Assembly (NCBI GenBank): GCA_964252035.1
Contig: OZ176205.1
From: Podarcis erhardii
Lineage: Eukaryota
DNA length: 64,000 nucleotides
Strand: one strand, 5' to 3'
Shown: positions 46,671-60,519 of the stretch, in pieces
Numbering within the stretch: position 1 is the first letter of the stretch
Layout of the letters: the number at the start of each line of letters is the position of its first letter
Notes under the pieces: generated by a model
What the model saw: only the letters and a program-made list of their open reading frames with translations
The model's database searches: none
Told to the model about the DNA's origin: nothing
Translations under genes and position numbers: made by a program

Positions 46671-47172
46671 AAAATTGTTGTTGTTGTTAATTATTATTCT
46701 TATTGAATATGACACCCCTATTTTCATTGGGGAAATGCTGGATGGTGCGATATTGATGCTGATCAAAATTAACAGGGATGCTTATAAGTAGGGATGGGTA
46801 AATCTGTCAAGTTTAGTTTCTTCTTTCTCCACTCTTTTCGGTTCTCCACTGGAGTTTGCAATTTTTTGGGTTGTTGTGTTTGTTAGTTTTTTAAAAAAAG
46901 AACTCCCTATGAAAATTCACCCAGCATTCTTCTACTATACAGATCTGTGCATGCAAATTTGCCTAACAGACACACCTTTCCCTTATATAATCCATTTTCG
47001 TATGCAGTTTTCACAGACACATGCATTACACACACTTTAGCCAGGCATATGTATTTGTGTACACCTCACTTGGCTACAGAACTGCATTGCAAAATTAGAA
47101 GAAAAGTGAACTTTGAAGGAAGGATGACTATGTTGCAGTTTGTATATTGTTTTAGAAAGTGCAAACTGGGTA

Positions 47173-47528
47173 AAGGTAAAGGTAAAAGGACCCCTGACCA
47201 TTAGGTCCAGTCGTGACCGACTCTGGGGTTGCAGCTCTCATCTCGCTTTACTGGCCGAGGGAGCCGGTGTACAGCTTCCGGGTCATGTGGCTAGCATGAC
47301 TAAGCAGCTTCTGGCAAACCAGAGCAGTGCACCCAAACACCGTTTCCTTCCTGCCAGAGTGGTACCTATTTATCTACTTGCACTTTGACGTGCTTTCGAA
47401 CTGCTAGGTTGGCAGGAGCAGGGACCCAGCAATGGGAGCTCACTCCGTCGCGGGGATTCGAACCGCCGACCTTCTGATCGGCAAGTCCTAGGCTCTGTGG
47501 TTTAACCCACAGCACCACCTGCGTCCCC
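47173..47528 (-). mobile_element. Sauria SINE
   Basis: Full family match; TSD GCAAA(C/T)TGGGTA at 47161-47172 and 47529-47540. Confidence 0.93.
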
Positions 47529-49042
47529 GCAAATTGGGTAGGTATGCCTATAAATGGGAACTGAATCAAATCCCACTCCCACCCACCCACCCCTACTCAT
47601 AAGGAGAGTCCTGCTGGAGCCGGCTGAGGCCCATCTATTCCAGGATTCTCACAGTAGCCCATCAGTAGCCCATGCCTATGAGAAGCCTGCAATCAGAACT
47701 TGAGTGCAGCAGCTCTCTTCCGACTTGTGATTCCCAGAAACTGTTATCCAAAGGCATAGTGGCGCTGACAAAGGAGACAGAACATTTCCATAGTGGTTAG
47801 TAGCCATTGATAGTCTTATCTCCATGACTGATCACAAATGACAGGCTGATAAGCAAACTGTGTTGTGTAAGGAGTCTTCTCATTTGGGGCCTATTGACAT
47901 GACCAAGCCAGCAAGCCCACAGGTTTAATGCACATGTAGTACATATGCTAAGCAGGTCAGCATCCTTTGGTCTTAGGTTATCTGGCACATTTCCCTATAA
48001 CAAATGTGTCTGTATACATGCAGTCAATCAGACACTGCAGTTTGAGAGAGTTTCTGTCCACTCATATTTTTGTAGCACACAAGTGGGGGGCGGCAGAAGT
48101 ATCCTTCAAACACATCATTTCCAGCAATGAGATGCATAGCAATAAAATATATTCACTTGCAGAGCAAAACAGAGCAAAACAATATCTATAAAAAAAAACC
48201 CTGCACTATAAAAATCCACAATATAAGAACCACCACATAAAGTACAGCCAGCCAAAATAAGGCTTTTGAATAGCAGTTCCCAGGATGTGAAAGTTCACTT
48301 CTGAAGCTATAAAAATTCTCTGAAGTGATGCAAAAATTATTTTGAGGCTGTAAGATTGCTCTGAAATAATGTAGAAATTAATGCGTGTCTCTGGTGGTAT
48401 CTGGAAAAACTCAAGAGTCTCAGTCCAGTGGTTAGCTTGGCACTTGACCTATTTCAATTTATCTTCATGTGTTTTAATATAATATACACAGCCTCAGTGA
48501 CCCATATCTTGTGTGTATTCCACAAATGGTTCAATAACCATTCTAGTATCCTTATTCTGGCAGTATAAGAGAACTTCACATCTTGAAAAGTCTGGACATG
48601 GTAATATTATGAAGGGTGATTAAAATATCATTTGAAAACATGATAAAGAGTAAGAGTGTACATGGGCCCCAAGATTCATTTTGTATCTGTAGCTATTTGT
48701 TCATTTTTATTAAATCTGTGATCTCTCTGCTCCTATCTGTGTTTCATTTTCCAAGCTACCCTATCTAGAATGAAGCTCTGTGGCTTCATTCACTATCATG
48801 GCCAATCTAAAAACAGTTTTAATTTGTCTCCCTTTTGGTGAAAATGGATGAAACTTACAGGCACTAGCACCAGTCCAGAGTGGATTACGTTTGCCAAAGA
48901 GCAGACAAATGCGCCAATGGGGTTTTGGGGGGAATTAAAATGGATTTCATTCTCCTCCTTAATCCATATTAGTTTCATAGGTTTTCTCTGCAGGTCTGCA
49001 CAGGTTAGCTGAGAAGAGCTCTCTGTCTCTCTCTCTCTCACT

Positions 49043-49210
49043 CAGTGGCGTAGCGTGGGTTGTCAGCACCCAGGGCAAGGCAAGTAATTTGCACCCCCTA
49101 ACCCGTGGATTTGCGCCCCCTAACCCGTGGATTTGCGCCCCCTAACCCTAACCCCCAGATGTTGCGCCCGGTGCGGCCGGCCCCCCCGCACCCCCCACGC
49201 TACGCCACTG
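49043..49210. mobile_element. Young hAT-type MITE with internal 22-bp repeats
   Basis: Perfect 17-bp TIR CAGTGGCGTAGCGTGGG; perfect 8-bp TSD CTCTCACT. Confidence 0.93.
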
Positions 49211-49280
49211 CTCTCACTCACTCACACACACACACACAGAGAGAAAGAGATCTGCTTCGCGGGGGGGGGGGAGCCATATA

Positions 49281-49521
49281 CCGTGGTACCTCAGTTTAAT
49301 TACAATCCTGTTTACAAACAATTTGGTTTATGAACTCCGTAAAACCGGAAGTAGTGTCCCGGTTTGCGAACTTTACCTCGGTCTAAGAACGGAATCCAAA
49401 CGCTAGAAGGGCACTGGTGGCAGGAGGCCTCATTAGGGAAAGCACGCCTCAGTTTAAGAACAGTTTCAGTTTAAGAATGGACCTCTGGAATGGATTAAGT
49501 TCGTAAACCGAAGTACCACTG
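49281..49521. mobile_element. Tc1/mariner-type MITE
   Basis: Ends CCGTGGTACCTC/AAGTACCACTG; TA flanks. Confidence 0.8.
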
Positions 49522-49949
49522 TATATGTTCCACATCACTTACCACTGGCATCTGCCCACCCCCCAAAGGTTGGGCGACACTGGATGTAGACCCCTGCACT
49601 ATAATATCAACACATTTTGCTAGAAGTCACTGCAATCCTCAAACCAACAGAAAAATGCACTCTTTTCACTCCCCCCCCCCAGAATTAAATACCAAGATAA
49701 AAAAAATCAACCATATATTTATTCAATGCTATTTTTGTAGAAAAAGAGGTGCCACAACTCCCCATGAACTCACCCTTGTTCTCTTTTAATGGCAATGGCA
49801 CCCACTTAAGAGGTAAAAAAAGCCCTTTATGTATTTCTCATTGGTATAAACCGCCTCCTTATATTAATAATATAATATATTTTCAAGATAATTTATCGTT
49901 TTAGCTGGAAGACATATTGTGTGCTTTCTTTAACTGATAGCTTTTTATG

Positions 49950-49950
<1 letters not shown>

Positions 49951-49993
<43 letters not shown>
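49951..49993. repeat. (AAT)n microsatellite
   Basis: Direct reading. Confidence 0.97.
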
Positions 49994-49994
<1 letters not shown>

Positions 49995-50933
49995 CATATC
50001 CTTCACATATTAGCAGCTCTATGCAGCTGACCCAGGGAATGCTGGAGTTTGCTTTTTACCAGGTAATTCCAAGGACAGTGAGCCAGTATTTTATGGTTCT
50101 CATACTTAAAACTCCAGTGCAATTTCCTGAACATGTTGGCATGCCTCTTCATAAATGCTAGGGGAAAGTGGGGGGGGGGTGAGTAGGTTGTGCAGCTCTG
50201 TAATGCGTCCCTGAAAAATCACAACAGCCCATTAGATATCTTCATAACATAGGAAGCTGCCTCAGACCCTTGTTCCATCTAGTTCCTTATTGCTGGTTGA
50301 CAATGATGGACAGTTGTTCCAGAGTCTTTCTCAATGCTGCTTAGAGATGCCAGGAACTGAACCTGGGACATTTAGCATGCAAAGTACATTTTCTCCCTGT
50401 GTGTGAGAGCCACGACCCTTCTCTTCATCTCTTGTGCAAGCAACAGAGGTCAGAGGTGCAAAGTGTCTGTGAAACCAGAACTGGCCCATAGCAAAACCTG
50501 AGGGCAAGAGACAGCCAAGGGTCAGTTTCCTGACACTTGGCCTCACTCTTTGTGATGGAAGAGAAGAATTTCATTGGGTTGACACTGCAACCATCCAGAA
50601 GGAGAAGATAACAGAGGTTTGTCAGCACCGGACCAATAAAATTAAAAAATGTTATTGTGGGCTGTAGAAGCTCTGTGGTTTTATGTTGTTTCTGTGACAT
50701 GATGTGAGACTTGTACATGGTGTATTTTTGCCCTCTCCAAGAATGCTTCAGGAAAGCTTCACAAACACTGGGCTTTCCCCCACAGCCAAGCCATAGCCAG
50801 TGAAGCCAGAATATCCTCAGCAAGAATTTGTGGGGGTGAAACCAGGATATTATTCTTTACTGCAGCCGCAAAACCTAGGAGTTCTCTTTTGTACCTCTTC
50901 TCACTATCAGCTCCACTCTTTTTATCTCCTTTC

Positions 50934-51110
50934 ATAATAAAAGCCTGTTGGATCAGGCCAATGGTCCATCTAATCCTGCATCCTGTTCTCGCAGCGGCCA
51001 ACCAGATTCCTGTGGAAAACCTGCAAACAGGATTCGAGGACCAGCGCACTCTCCCCTCCTGTGGTTTCCAGCAACTGGCATTCAGAAGCATCGCAAGTGC
51101 AAGCAGTGCT
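50934..51110 (-). mobile_element. CR1 3' UTR fragment (similar pieces at about 2558-2745, 47590-47810, 52595-52745; plus-strand piece at about 24530-24660)
   Basis: Recurring AAGAGCCTGCTGGATCAGGCC..CCATCTAGTCCAGCATCCTGTTCTCAC-type motif. Confidence 0.7.
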
Positions 51111-51253
51111 TAGCTGGTGAGAGGCTGGCTCAGTCACCAGAGCTGAGTGGTGGGACATCTCTGCTCAATCCAAACCTCTCCAAGCTTGACATAAGGTGAG
51201 GGATATGGATTACTCAGTTACTGATAAAATTTTCTTCCATGTCACTCTGAAGT

Positions 51254-51628
51254 GCTGTGGTCTAAACCGCTGAGCCTCTTGGACTTGCTGGTCAGAAGGT
51301 TGGTGGTTCGAATCCCTGCGACAGGGTAAACTCCCATTGCTCTGTCCCAGCTCCTGCCGACCTAGCAGTTCGAAAGCATACCAGTGCAAGTAGATAAATA
51401 GGTACCACTGCAGCAGGAAGGTAAATGGCGTTTCCATGCACTCTGGTTTCCATCACGGTGTTCTGTTGTGCCAAAAGTGCTTTAGTCATGCTGGCCACAT
51501 GACCCGGAAAGCTGTCTGTGGACAAACGCCGGCTCCCTCAGCCTGAAAGCAAGATGAGCGCCACAACCCCATAGTAGCCTTTGACTGGACTTAACTGTCC
51601 AGGGGTCCTTTGCCTTTTTACCTTTACC
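51254..51628 (+). mobile_element. Sauria SINE (longer subfamily, head slightly truncated)
   Basis: GGTTCGAATCCC B-box, GCAAGTAGATAAATAGGTACC body, TTTACC tail. Confidence 0.9.
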
Positions 51629-54145
51629 TAAGGACACTATTGCTTACATGGTCTTCTTTGCATTGCATCTATGCTATTATAACCTTCCAGTTCCAAAATT
51701 CATTTCCACTGATCCCATTCATGCCTTCTGCTAGCCTCACTTCCAACCCACCGCCTGGGATTTCATATTGCATTTGCCTTTTGCATCCACTTCATCCAAT
51801 GTGCTGCTGCTTGCTGCTACCCTAGCAATTTTGTGAATGACCATGAGAACCGTGAATAGGTTTTAATGTGGATTTGGACAGGCTCCATCCTCACTAGGAC
51901 ATGCAGTTAATCTCGACAAATGATCACAAGAGGAAGGTTTGCCAAGCCAGCAATAAGGCTGTGTGACCACTTCAAGCAGGCATATTTTCCCCCACGAAGA
52001 AACAGGGGCAGGGGTGTCTTTCCTGAGGAGCTGAAATCTCTCCATCTTGAGACCCCCAGACAAACTCACATGCCTTCTGCGTGTGAGGGAGGGGGTGGCT
52101 GGCTACATATGACATGAGATGAATACTTCTCTTGTAGAGGGGTGAGCACCCATTGCATCCAGCTGCTCAGTCTTTATGGGTGTCTGTGTGTTTACATTCC
52201 TGAAAAGCGGGACTGGGCATCTATTCCAGGGTAAATCACAGAAAACCTCCCCCATTCCCTGCTTTTTTAAGCTTTCTGTTGCTTGGAATGTTAGGGAACA
52301 TCCCCCAAGGCTTCAAGCCAGAGGGGCTGTTGGCCTGGGCCTCTCTTTCTGCCACCCACAAAGCACACAGATACCCATGAAAACAAGGCATTTATAAGGA
52401 GTATAAACTTATGCTCTGTCTGTCAACGAACACTCGATTTGCACAAATAACTTGGGCATCAGCTTTATTAACATTAACTAGCACTGTGTTCTCTGCCTGT
52501 ACTGCTTAATGCCCCAGCTGTCCATTGAGAAGTCTGCACGGACAAAGTTATTTTCCCCAGATGCCACTTTTCATGAGAACATGGCATCCACATAAGGCTG
52601 AGAATAGGCTGCTGAATCAGACCAAAGGACTGTCTATTCCAGCATCATCATCCCTGAATGGCCAACCTGAAATGTCTTTGGGAAGCCTACAAGCAGGACA
52701 TCAGCAAAACAGTCACCCTCCCATTGTTGTTCCTCAGCACCAGATATTTTATTTATTTATTCAGTGTTGTTAGTTGTTTTCTCTTGCCCAAAGCAACTCG
52801 AAGCAACTTGCAACCAAACAACAAAGAAGCCCACGTAGAAACATTAAAACCGAGGGGGGGGTGCATTTAAAAAATCCCACCCACTCTAAAGGGTGACAGA
52901 TAGAGGCCAAAGGCCTGGTTACAGAGAATCATAGAAACACTGAATTGTAGAGTTGGAAGAGACCCCAAGGTTTGTCTAGTCCAACTCTCTCAATGCAGAA
53001 ATCTCGACACATTTTTTCAGGAACAGAATATGAGAACAGGCAGTCCTTCAAGGTCACTGGTCCTAAGCCATGGTGGTAGGAAAAGTCAGAACCAGCACTT
53101 TGAACTCGGCCCTGGAATCAGTGCAGCTGACATAACCCATTTGTGATATGATCATAAAGCATTCTGCACTAACCGCAGTTCCTAAACAGTCGTCAAAGGC
53201 ACCCCCAAGTGAAGTGCTTTACAGTACTTCATTTTCTGGCAAATAAGGAACGCTGTGGAGATTTTTTGGGAGGCGGGAAGATGGTGCTGGTATCTTTCAT
53301 CGGCTCTACAGCCGATGCAAGATAAACAAATCAATTGCCCCTGCACACACTTCCAAGAAAATCTTTTACCCAGGTGGGAAGGGAGGTCAGAGCTTGCTGA
53401 TTTGTTGACCCATGAAAAGAGGCAGTTATTCAGGTGATTACTCTGTACAGGTGCTAATTAAAAAGCAGATCAGGGAGAGGAGGTCACTGTTTGGTGTCAG
53501 TCTCTTGTGAAATTAGCCTCTAGGTGGCTTATATTGTGCCTCCTTGCACAGAAAATAACACCTTCTTGTCAAACCTCTGCAGCTGCCCTCTGTCAAACCA
53601 CCAGTAGTTTATAGCTCTTCTATAGCAAGGACACAGCAGCAAGTAGTTTGGTGGCACCTAAGTCCATTTGATGTTCAGTTCTGCACAGAATCAGGCTGCC
53701 TATGTTCTGACTTAGGGGCAGGCAGCATATTCTGATGTCGAATATTAGAAGTAGGTCAGGCTATATGGCCATCTACATGTTTAGAGATGCTTGTTCTCTC
53801 CACTGCAGTTCATCAAATGCATGGAATGTTGTATTGAGTTGGCAGGCAGGTGGGCACAGGGGGTGGGGGGCAGATGGGTGGAGCAAGGTATCCATGAGGT
53901 CGGAGTGAAATGAAATGCAAGAAATACAGACACCATTGAATACATAAATTGTTCAGACTGTGGCAGGAATCCACCTAGCACTCATGGGAAAATGTGACTT
54001 GATCTTTTAGAGCAATCAAATGAAACTTTAACACATGGCACGATAAAAGTCTGTGATTTTATCAGGACAAGTTACTTGTTGTTTACTGTTGTAACAATTG
54101 TTTTCTCAAAATTTATCTTCTGCACTATGAAAACAAATAAAAACG

Positions 54146-54147
54146 GA

Positions 54148-54198
<51 letters not shown>
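54146..54198. repeat. (GAAA)n microsatellite
   Basis: Direct reading. Confidence 0.97.
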
Positions 54199-54199
<1 letters not shown>

Positions 54200-54317
54200 G
54201 AGCCATTGATAATTGTGCGAAAGGTTAAATGCACGGAATATAATTAAAGCGACCATTCACAAAGCAGTGTTGATGACAGCACAAACATACGGGCATTTAT
54301 GAATTAATAAATCAGCA

Positions 54318-54530
54318 CATCAGGAAAAGCTTTCTGACAGTAAGAGTTGTTCGACAGTGGAACGGTCTCCCTGGGGAAGTTGTGAACTATCATTTTTCGG
54401 AGGTTTTTAAGCAGAGGTTGGATGGCCATCTGTCATGGATGCTTTAGCAGAGATTCCTGCATTGCAGTGGGTTGAACTAAATGGGCCTCAGGGTCCCTTC
54501 CAACTCTACAATTCTATGATACTCCATGAT
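54318..54530 (+). mobile_element. CR1 LINE 3' end
   Basis: ORF2 end (RKSFLTVRVVRQWNGLPGEVV) and terminal TTCCAACTCTACAATTCTATGAT. Confidence 0.85.
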
Positions 54531-56425
54531 ACCTGTTGGTGGAATAACAACCCATTATCCTGATTCAGGTCACAGGTGACAGAACTGAACTCCTTAGCAT
54601 AACTTGAGTCACCCTTTGAAATCCCTTTCTTCATGAATGGCCACCATAGGTCACTAACAGTGTCCTGTGAAGTTGAAATGTTCTTCTACAGGTTTCTTAA
54701 AGGGCACCAAAAGCCTCGAGTTCCTAAGCAGTCTATGAGGTTTTGGGGAACCTGGTATCCAACCCCTACCCAAAATTTAGGAAATGATTGCATCACTATT
54801 CAAAGTTTGCTCACACCAGCTATTTTTCTGCAGCAGCCACATCAGATGAGGCTTCCATCGGCCCTGCTTCTGTCTGCACAAAGCTGGGTTAATGGCAGTG
54901 TTAGATAACTTTGCAAATGATAATGATACAATTTTAGGCCAGTTGTTTCATTCCATTGGAATAAGGAACATGTTTCTCCCCTGTTTTCATGTTGGGGAAG
55001 GAACTTTTATCTTGGTCACAGCCAAGGGAAGACTGCTGGATGCTATAGATTTGCATTATTTCTCTCCCCCCCCCCCAATTCTTGTTTAAAAGAGAATATT
55101 CTATAATTGGTGTGCCTCCTATTCCTTCACCTGGTGCTGCAGCTAAAGAGTGTTATCAGTTCTGGCACAGACACAGCCTTCGCCCCTGCTTTTCAAAATT
55201 ACTCACCTTTCTGGTGATATGGAGTGACCTCTGCTGGACAAAGGAGGCGATGTTGTCCAGTGATGATTTATCCTGGGATAGCTCACTCAAAAGACCCCCT
55301 GATTGGCTGCCCTGGGGGCCATTCAAAAAAAAATTACATGAAGATGGCAATCAGGTACGAGAGAGGTCACGAAGGCCTCTCTGGATTTTTGTGGAGTAAA
55401 CTTGACAGCCTTCCAAACACCTATAATCAACTTTAGATGTTGACTAAAAATAGGAGGAATAGATAGATGATTGTCCAGACACAAAGCTTTATCTGAATAC
55501 TTTTATTTAATTTTTGTGTGCTTTTAGCAACTTGGCTAGAGTAGGCAGGACAAGTTTTCATTAATTTGTTTCAAAGCCGTCTCTGATCCTGAAGGCTCTT
55601 GGCTTGTAAATAATATCCGAAACCTGCAATCCCATGCACACTTACTAAGAAGTAAGCCCCAGTAAACTCAACAGAATTTACCTCTGCATAAGCATGCATA
55701 GGGTTGACTGTACAGCATATAAAACAGGCATTTTAAATCAGTGAAACAGATAAGCCACAATTCTTTGGCAGGTAACAGAATAAATAAGTCTACCATGTCT
55801 ACTCAGAATGAAGTTGCATTGAATTCAATGAGGCTTACTCCCAGGTGCTAGGATTGCAGCCTAAATTCTCTTCATGCTGGGCGGGGGTGGGGGAGTCACT
55901 CACTGACTATACCAATGCTAGTAGAGAAAGAAGAAAGGCTGATCTTTCTTTTGAAAAATGTTACAGTTTGGAGTGAATTCTCTCCTTGTTGGATTGCCCT
56001 GGACCAGAGCCTCACTGGTAGGCCTCAAAATGGCTCAGTGTCTACCCCATGAGACAAAAAAAATCTAAACCAGTAGCTGCACAATTATGGGTAGGGGAGA
56101 AATTTGACCTCGAGCCTACATAATTCCCATTCCCTGAAACAATTTATGAGCTGAAATGCAACACACTTCTCCAATTTTCTGATGGCGTTCTCCAACCGAA
56201 AAAGTGCAGAAAAATGCATATATTAGGAGAAAGTGTGGATAAAAATGCATATATAAGTGAAAATAACATGCAAATTGCATGCAAAAAAGTGTGTGAAAGG
56301 CAAATATGCATACAAGAATGTGTATGTTAGGAGAAATTTAATTAAAACCCTAATGAATTTAGAAAAAGATAGAAATCAAAATTGACAAATTTATCAATCC
56401 AATTAGTGATTCAGTGGATACAGTA

Positions 56426-56667
56426 CAGTTGTACCTCAGGTTAAGTACTTAATTCGTTCCGGAGGTCCGTTCTTAACCTGAAACTGTTCTTAACCTGAAG
56501 CACCACTTTAGCTAATGGGGCCTCCTGCTGCTGCCACGCTGCCAGAGCCCGATTTCTGTTCTCATCCTGAAGCAAAGTTCTTAACCTGAAGCACTATTTC
56601 TGGGTTAGCGGAGTGTGTAATCTGAAGCGTATGTAACCTGAAGCGTATGTAACCTGAGGTACCACTG
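56426..56667. mobile_element. Tc1/mariner-type MITE
   Basis: Ends CAGTTGTACCTCAGG/CCTGAGGTACCACTG; TA flanks. Confidence 0.9.
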
Positions 56668-56747
56668 TAGTTTGGGCCTGGCTTCATATGTCTACCTTGT
56701 GTGAGCAATCTTCTTCTTCTTCTTCTTCTTGGTTTATTATTATTATT

Positions 56748-56950
56748 GGTAGTGGCACCCTCCCTTCAGATGTCAAGGAAATAAACAACCATCTGACTTT
56801 TAGAAGACACCTGAAGGCAGCGCTGTTTAGGGGAGTTTTTTATGTTTGATGTTTTATCGTATTTTTATTATTCTGCTGGAAGCTGCCCAGAGTGGCTGGG
56901 GAAACCCAGCCAGATGGGCAGGGTACGAATAAATAATAATAATAATAATA
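56748..56950 (+). mobile_element. L2 LINE short 3' fragment
   Basis: Matches the 3' end of the 2233 and 25329 copies; (AAT)n tail. Confidence 0.85.
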
Positions 56951-58494
56951 ATCATAATCATGATAATAGCTATGGTAGTTAAACCATTATAGAATTGTGT
57001 GTGGGAATAGCTGTCACTGTACCATTAGACCAACAGTAAATGATGACACACACACATTTCGCCAGGGTGATGGCAATGATGGGGATGTAGTTACTTAATC
57101 ATCATGTCACTGAAAGGGACAACATTCCTGAGCAGCTGTGAGATCAGAAATACTCATGGTGCTTTGTGAGCATGTGGGGAGCATGAAGAAACATAGAGGG
57201 AAAGGTGGACTTCTGGGTTAGTTTAGCCCACACAGGGGACACTCAAATACTGCACAACTGGGCATAGTTCTTTATATATACATATATCTGCTGCTTTGCA
57301 TAATTCTATCCTTCGAGCACATAAAGATGTTGTATAGGTATTGCTGAGAAAGATCACAGAGGGCCAAGAATGCTGGAACTGCTCGGCAGTAACTGTGACA
57401 AACCATAACAGGGCACAGGGTGAGATGGTGGTGTTTACCTGACCTCCTGGCAGTGGAGTCACTGCTGCTTACCAGGTGGGAGAGTGGGAGGGACAAGGTG
57501 GCATAGAAGTCAGCGCTGTGCAAACCCACCAGCAGAGCCAATGCAGTGCTCCTGCAGATGTGCTTGCACAGTGCCAGCCTCTCTACTGCCCTGCCCCTCC
57601 TACTCTCCCTCCTAGTAAGAAGCAGCAGCTTTGCAGCCAGGAGATCAGGTAAACACCACCACTCCATTGTTTACTACTGGTGACAAGTAACCCTTCCACT
57701 GACATGACCTGCTTATTGAGCATTCAACCTGATTCATTTACATGACATTGGCACTTCAGTTATGTGTTGTTGCTGTATAATGAGTATTAATTATGGTTGG
57801 TGTGTGCACAGGTTATATGGCATTTTCAGATGTTGCTATTATCTTACACTTTGGGCATGTATCTGTAGAAAGTAGAAGTAAGCATTATTTTCAATTGCTA
57901 GTGCTACTATGCCATTTCTGCAAACCTTACAGATGCAGGAAATGCAAAAGCCAAATTAAGTGCCCTGTCAACTTTCTCTAAGCCACATTTCAAGAAAGTT
58001 CCAAACCCCAGTATGATGTGATCTCAACATACAGAACAATCAGTCAGTATATGGCACTATTGCTTTAGTAGCCCTTTTAAGTGGTACAGTACATATTCTT
58101 ACCTTGTTTATCTTCACAACTTACCTGAAAGGTGATCCCCATTGACAGCTGGGGAATTGAGGCTGAGTATTGGCCACGTTTACACATGAAAGAAGAAGCG
58201 TGATATCTACTTGCAAGAGCAAGTCCCAGTTTCTGAGGACAGTAGCCAATGCTAGTCTTACCAAGAGTGGATCCACTGAAATTAATGGACACGGACATCT
58301 TATGTTGATTCATTTTCAATTAGTCTGCTCTGGGTAGGGCTTAGCTGAATACAACCTTAAGACTGCGTATGCACTCCTGTTTATTCTACATCCAGTGTGC
58401 TACCATCACTGGTTTGGGAAAATGTGTACACATAACATAAGCCACAATCCATATCTACCCCATTGCTTCTTATTAAAAACTTCATTTTATATAA

Positions 58495-58850
58495 TAATAA
58501 TAATTTATTATTTATACCCCACCCATCTGGCTGAGTCTCCCCAGCCACTCTGGGCAGCTCCCAATCGAATGTTAAAAACAGTACAGCATTAAATATTAAA
58601 AACTTCCCTAAACAGGGCTGCCTTCAGATGTCTTTTAAAGATAGGATAACTGCTTATTTCCTTCACATCTGAAGGGAGGGTGTTCCACAGGGTGGGCGCC
58701 ACTACCGAGAAGGCCCTCTGTCTGCTTCCCTGTAACCTCGCTTCTCGCAATGAGGGAACCGCCAGAAGGCCCTCGGCGCTGGATCTCAGTGTCCGGGCTG
58801 AACGATGGGGGTGGAGACACTCCTTCAGGTATACAGGACCGAGGCCATTT
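58495..58850 (-). mobile_element. L2 LINE 3' fragment
   Basis: Minus-strand ORF ...RTLRSSAEGLL...APTLWNTLP...FREVFNI. Confidence 0.9.
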
Positions 58851-59949
58851 TGTTGCATTTTCCCGAAAACCAGCTTCAATCCAAATTGAGGGGGAAAATA
58901 TCACCTACCTGCATCTTAAGCTGGTATTGTATACACAGTGAAGCAATTGTGTGTTCACCACTTACAAGAATCTATGGATGTATTGGAGAGGTACTGCAGG
59001 TCTGAGTAGCTGATGACTTGAACCCAGGTCTTTTAGGTCCAAAGTCAACAATATATCTAATGTTCCAAATGGACTGAGGGTGTCAAGGAAAGGGGAAAGT
59101 TCAAAAGATCAGGTCAGTATGCAAACAATTGTGATAATTTTACCACTTTGAACGTTTTGTGGCGACTAGATCCATGGGAATGAAAAACAACTGAGCTTCT
59201 TACTAACACTTAGTATCTTAAGATGAGATCTACCAGAGGTCCAGTCTGCCCAAACTGCACATCCATTCTAGAAGCTGTTCTATAAAAGCCACACACACCC
59301 CAAAATGCGTTAGTTGTGTTTATTTGCTCTTGGTGGGAAACAACATTGGAGAAGCTAAAAAAGAAAAATGCATGTTCTTCCTCATTGTCGCTTGTGTGAC
59401 CTGGTCAATGGAAACAGGCCCTCCCCTAATCTGCCACACAGGTGACAGAAGGATGTAAGGTGTTGTTGTGTTCACTGAATCAGACAGTTGGCTCACCTGG
59501 CCCAGAATGCTCTCCCACTAACACTGACTGGTGGGGCTCTCAGGCTGTGCTACCTAAGAGCAGGTGATGGAACCAGGTGGTGCAGCATATGAGGTTGGAG
59601 GCATCGGATCCCTGGAATTACAACGGTGGCTTGTGCCCATTGGGAGAGGTAGGGCTGAAGATAGGATTACTGGCAGTAGGTGAAGCCACAGTCAATGACA
59701 GACAGAGCCATGCTCTGGCTGGTTGCCTGTAAGAAGCCTGGCAAGTAGGGACTGGGCAAGAGCTGTCTGAGACTGGTGTGTAGACCAGCCTCCACTGGCT
59801 ATAGTGCCTTTCCCTTATGGCAGACTGGGGAACTTAGCCATCAAAGAGCAACCCATTTCCCTACTTTGATGCTTTGAAAAAGGAATAGATGGCAAAACCC
59901 CGAAAGAGCTCTGCGTCTCTTCCCAGTGTGATCTGTGACACATCGCTCC

Positions 59950-60335
59950 CAGAGGAGGCAATGATGACCAACAACCTGGAGGGCTTTAAAAAAGAGTTAG
60001 ACAATTTCATGGAGGATTAGGTTGTCAACCTGTGGGTCCCCAGATGTTGTTGGACTACAACTCCCATCATCCCTGAGCTCTGGCCTTGCTAGCTAGGGGT
60101 GATGGGAGTTGTAGTTCAGCAACATCTGGGGACCCACAGGTTGAGGCTGGCAATCATTAGGCTATTAGCCATGATGGGGATGCTCTGCTTCCACAGCTGG
60201 AGGAGGCAGCAATGCTTCTGAATAGCAGTTCCTGGAAAGGCCAGGACAGGTGTCCTACTTGCAGGTTTACCACCAGCATCTGGGTGGCCATTGTAAAAAC
60301 AGGATGCTTGACCAGACTGTGGGCTACTGGGGTGC
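59950..60335 (+). mobile_element. CR1 3' fragment interrupted by a hairpin MITE
   Basis: GGCTTTAAAAAAGAGTTAGACAATTTCATGGAGGA resumes as GGCTATTAGCCATGATGG after position 60143. Confidence 0.7.
60026..60143. mobile_element. Palindromic non-autonomous DNA element (MITE)
   Basis: Roughly 49-bp inverted arms CAACCTGTGGGTCCCCAGATGTTG..ACTACAACTCCCATCA and its reverse complement around a short spacer. Confidence 0.85.
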
Positions 60336-60519
60336 CAGCTGCACATGGCAGTTTACGCGGCTCAGATGTGCTGGATCGGGGCACCAGAGGCCTAAGAAAT
60401 GCACAGCCCCCGGCCAACATTCCCCGAAGCTGGCATCCTTGACTGGGGCATCCTCCTCTCCACTTTCTCTTGTCTCTCATCCCTGCCTTTGTTTCCCTCT
60501 TCCTCTCTCTCTCTTTTTA

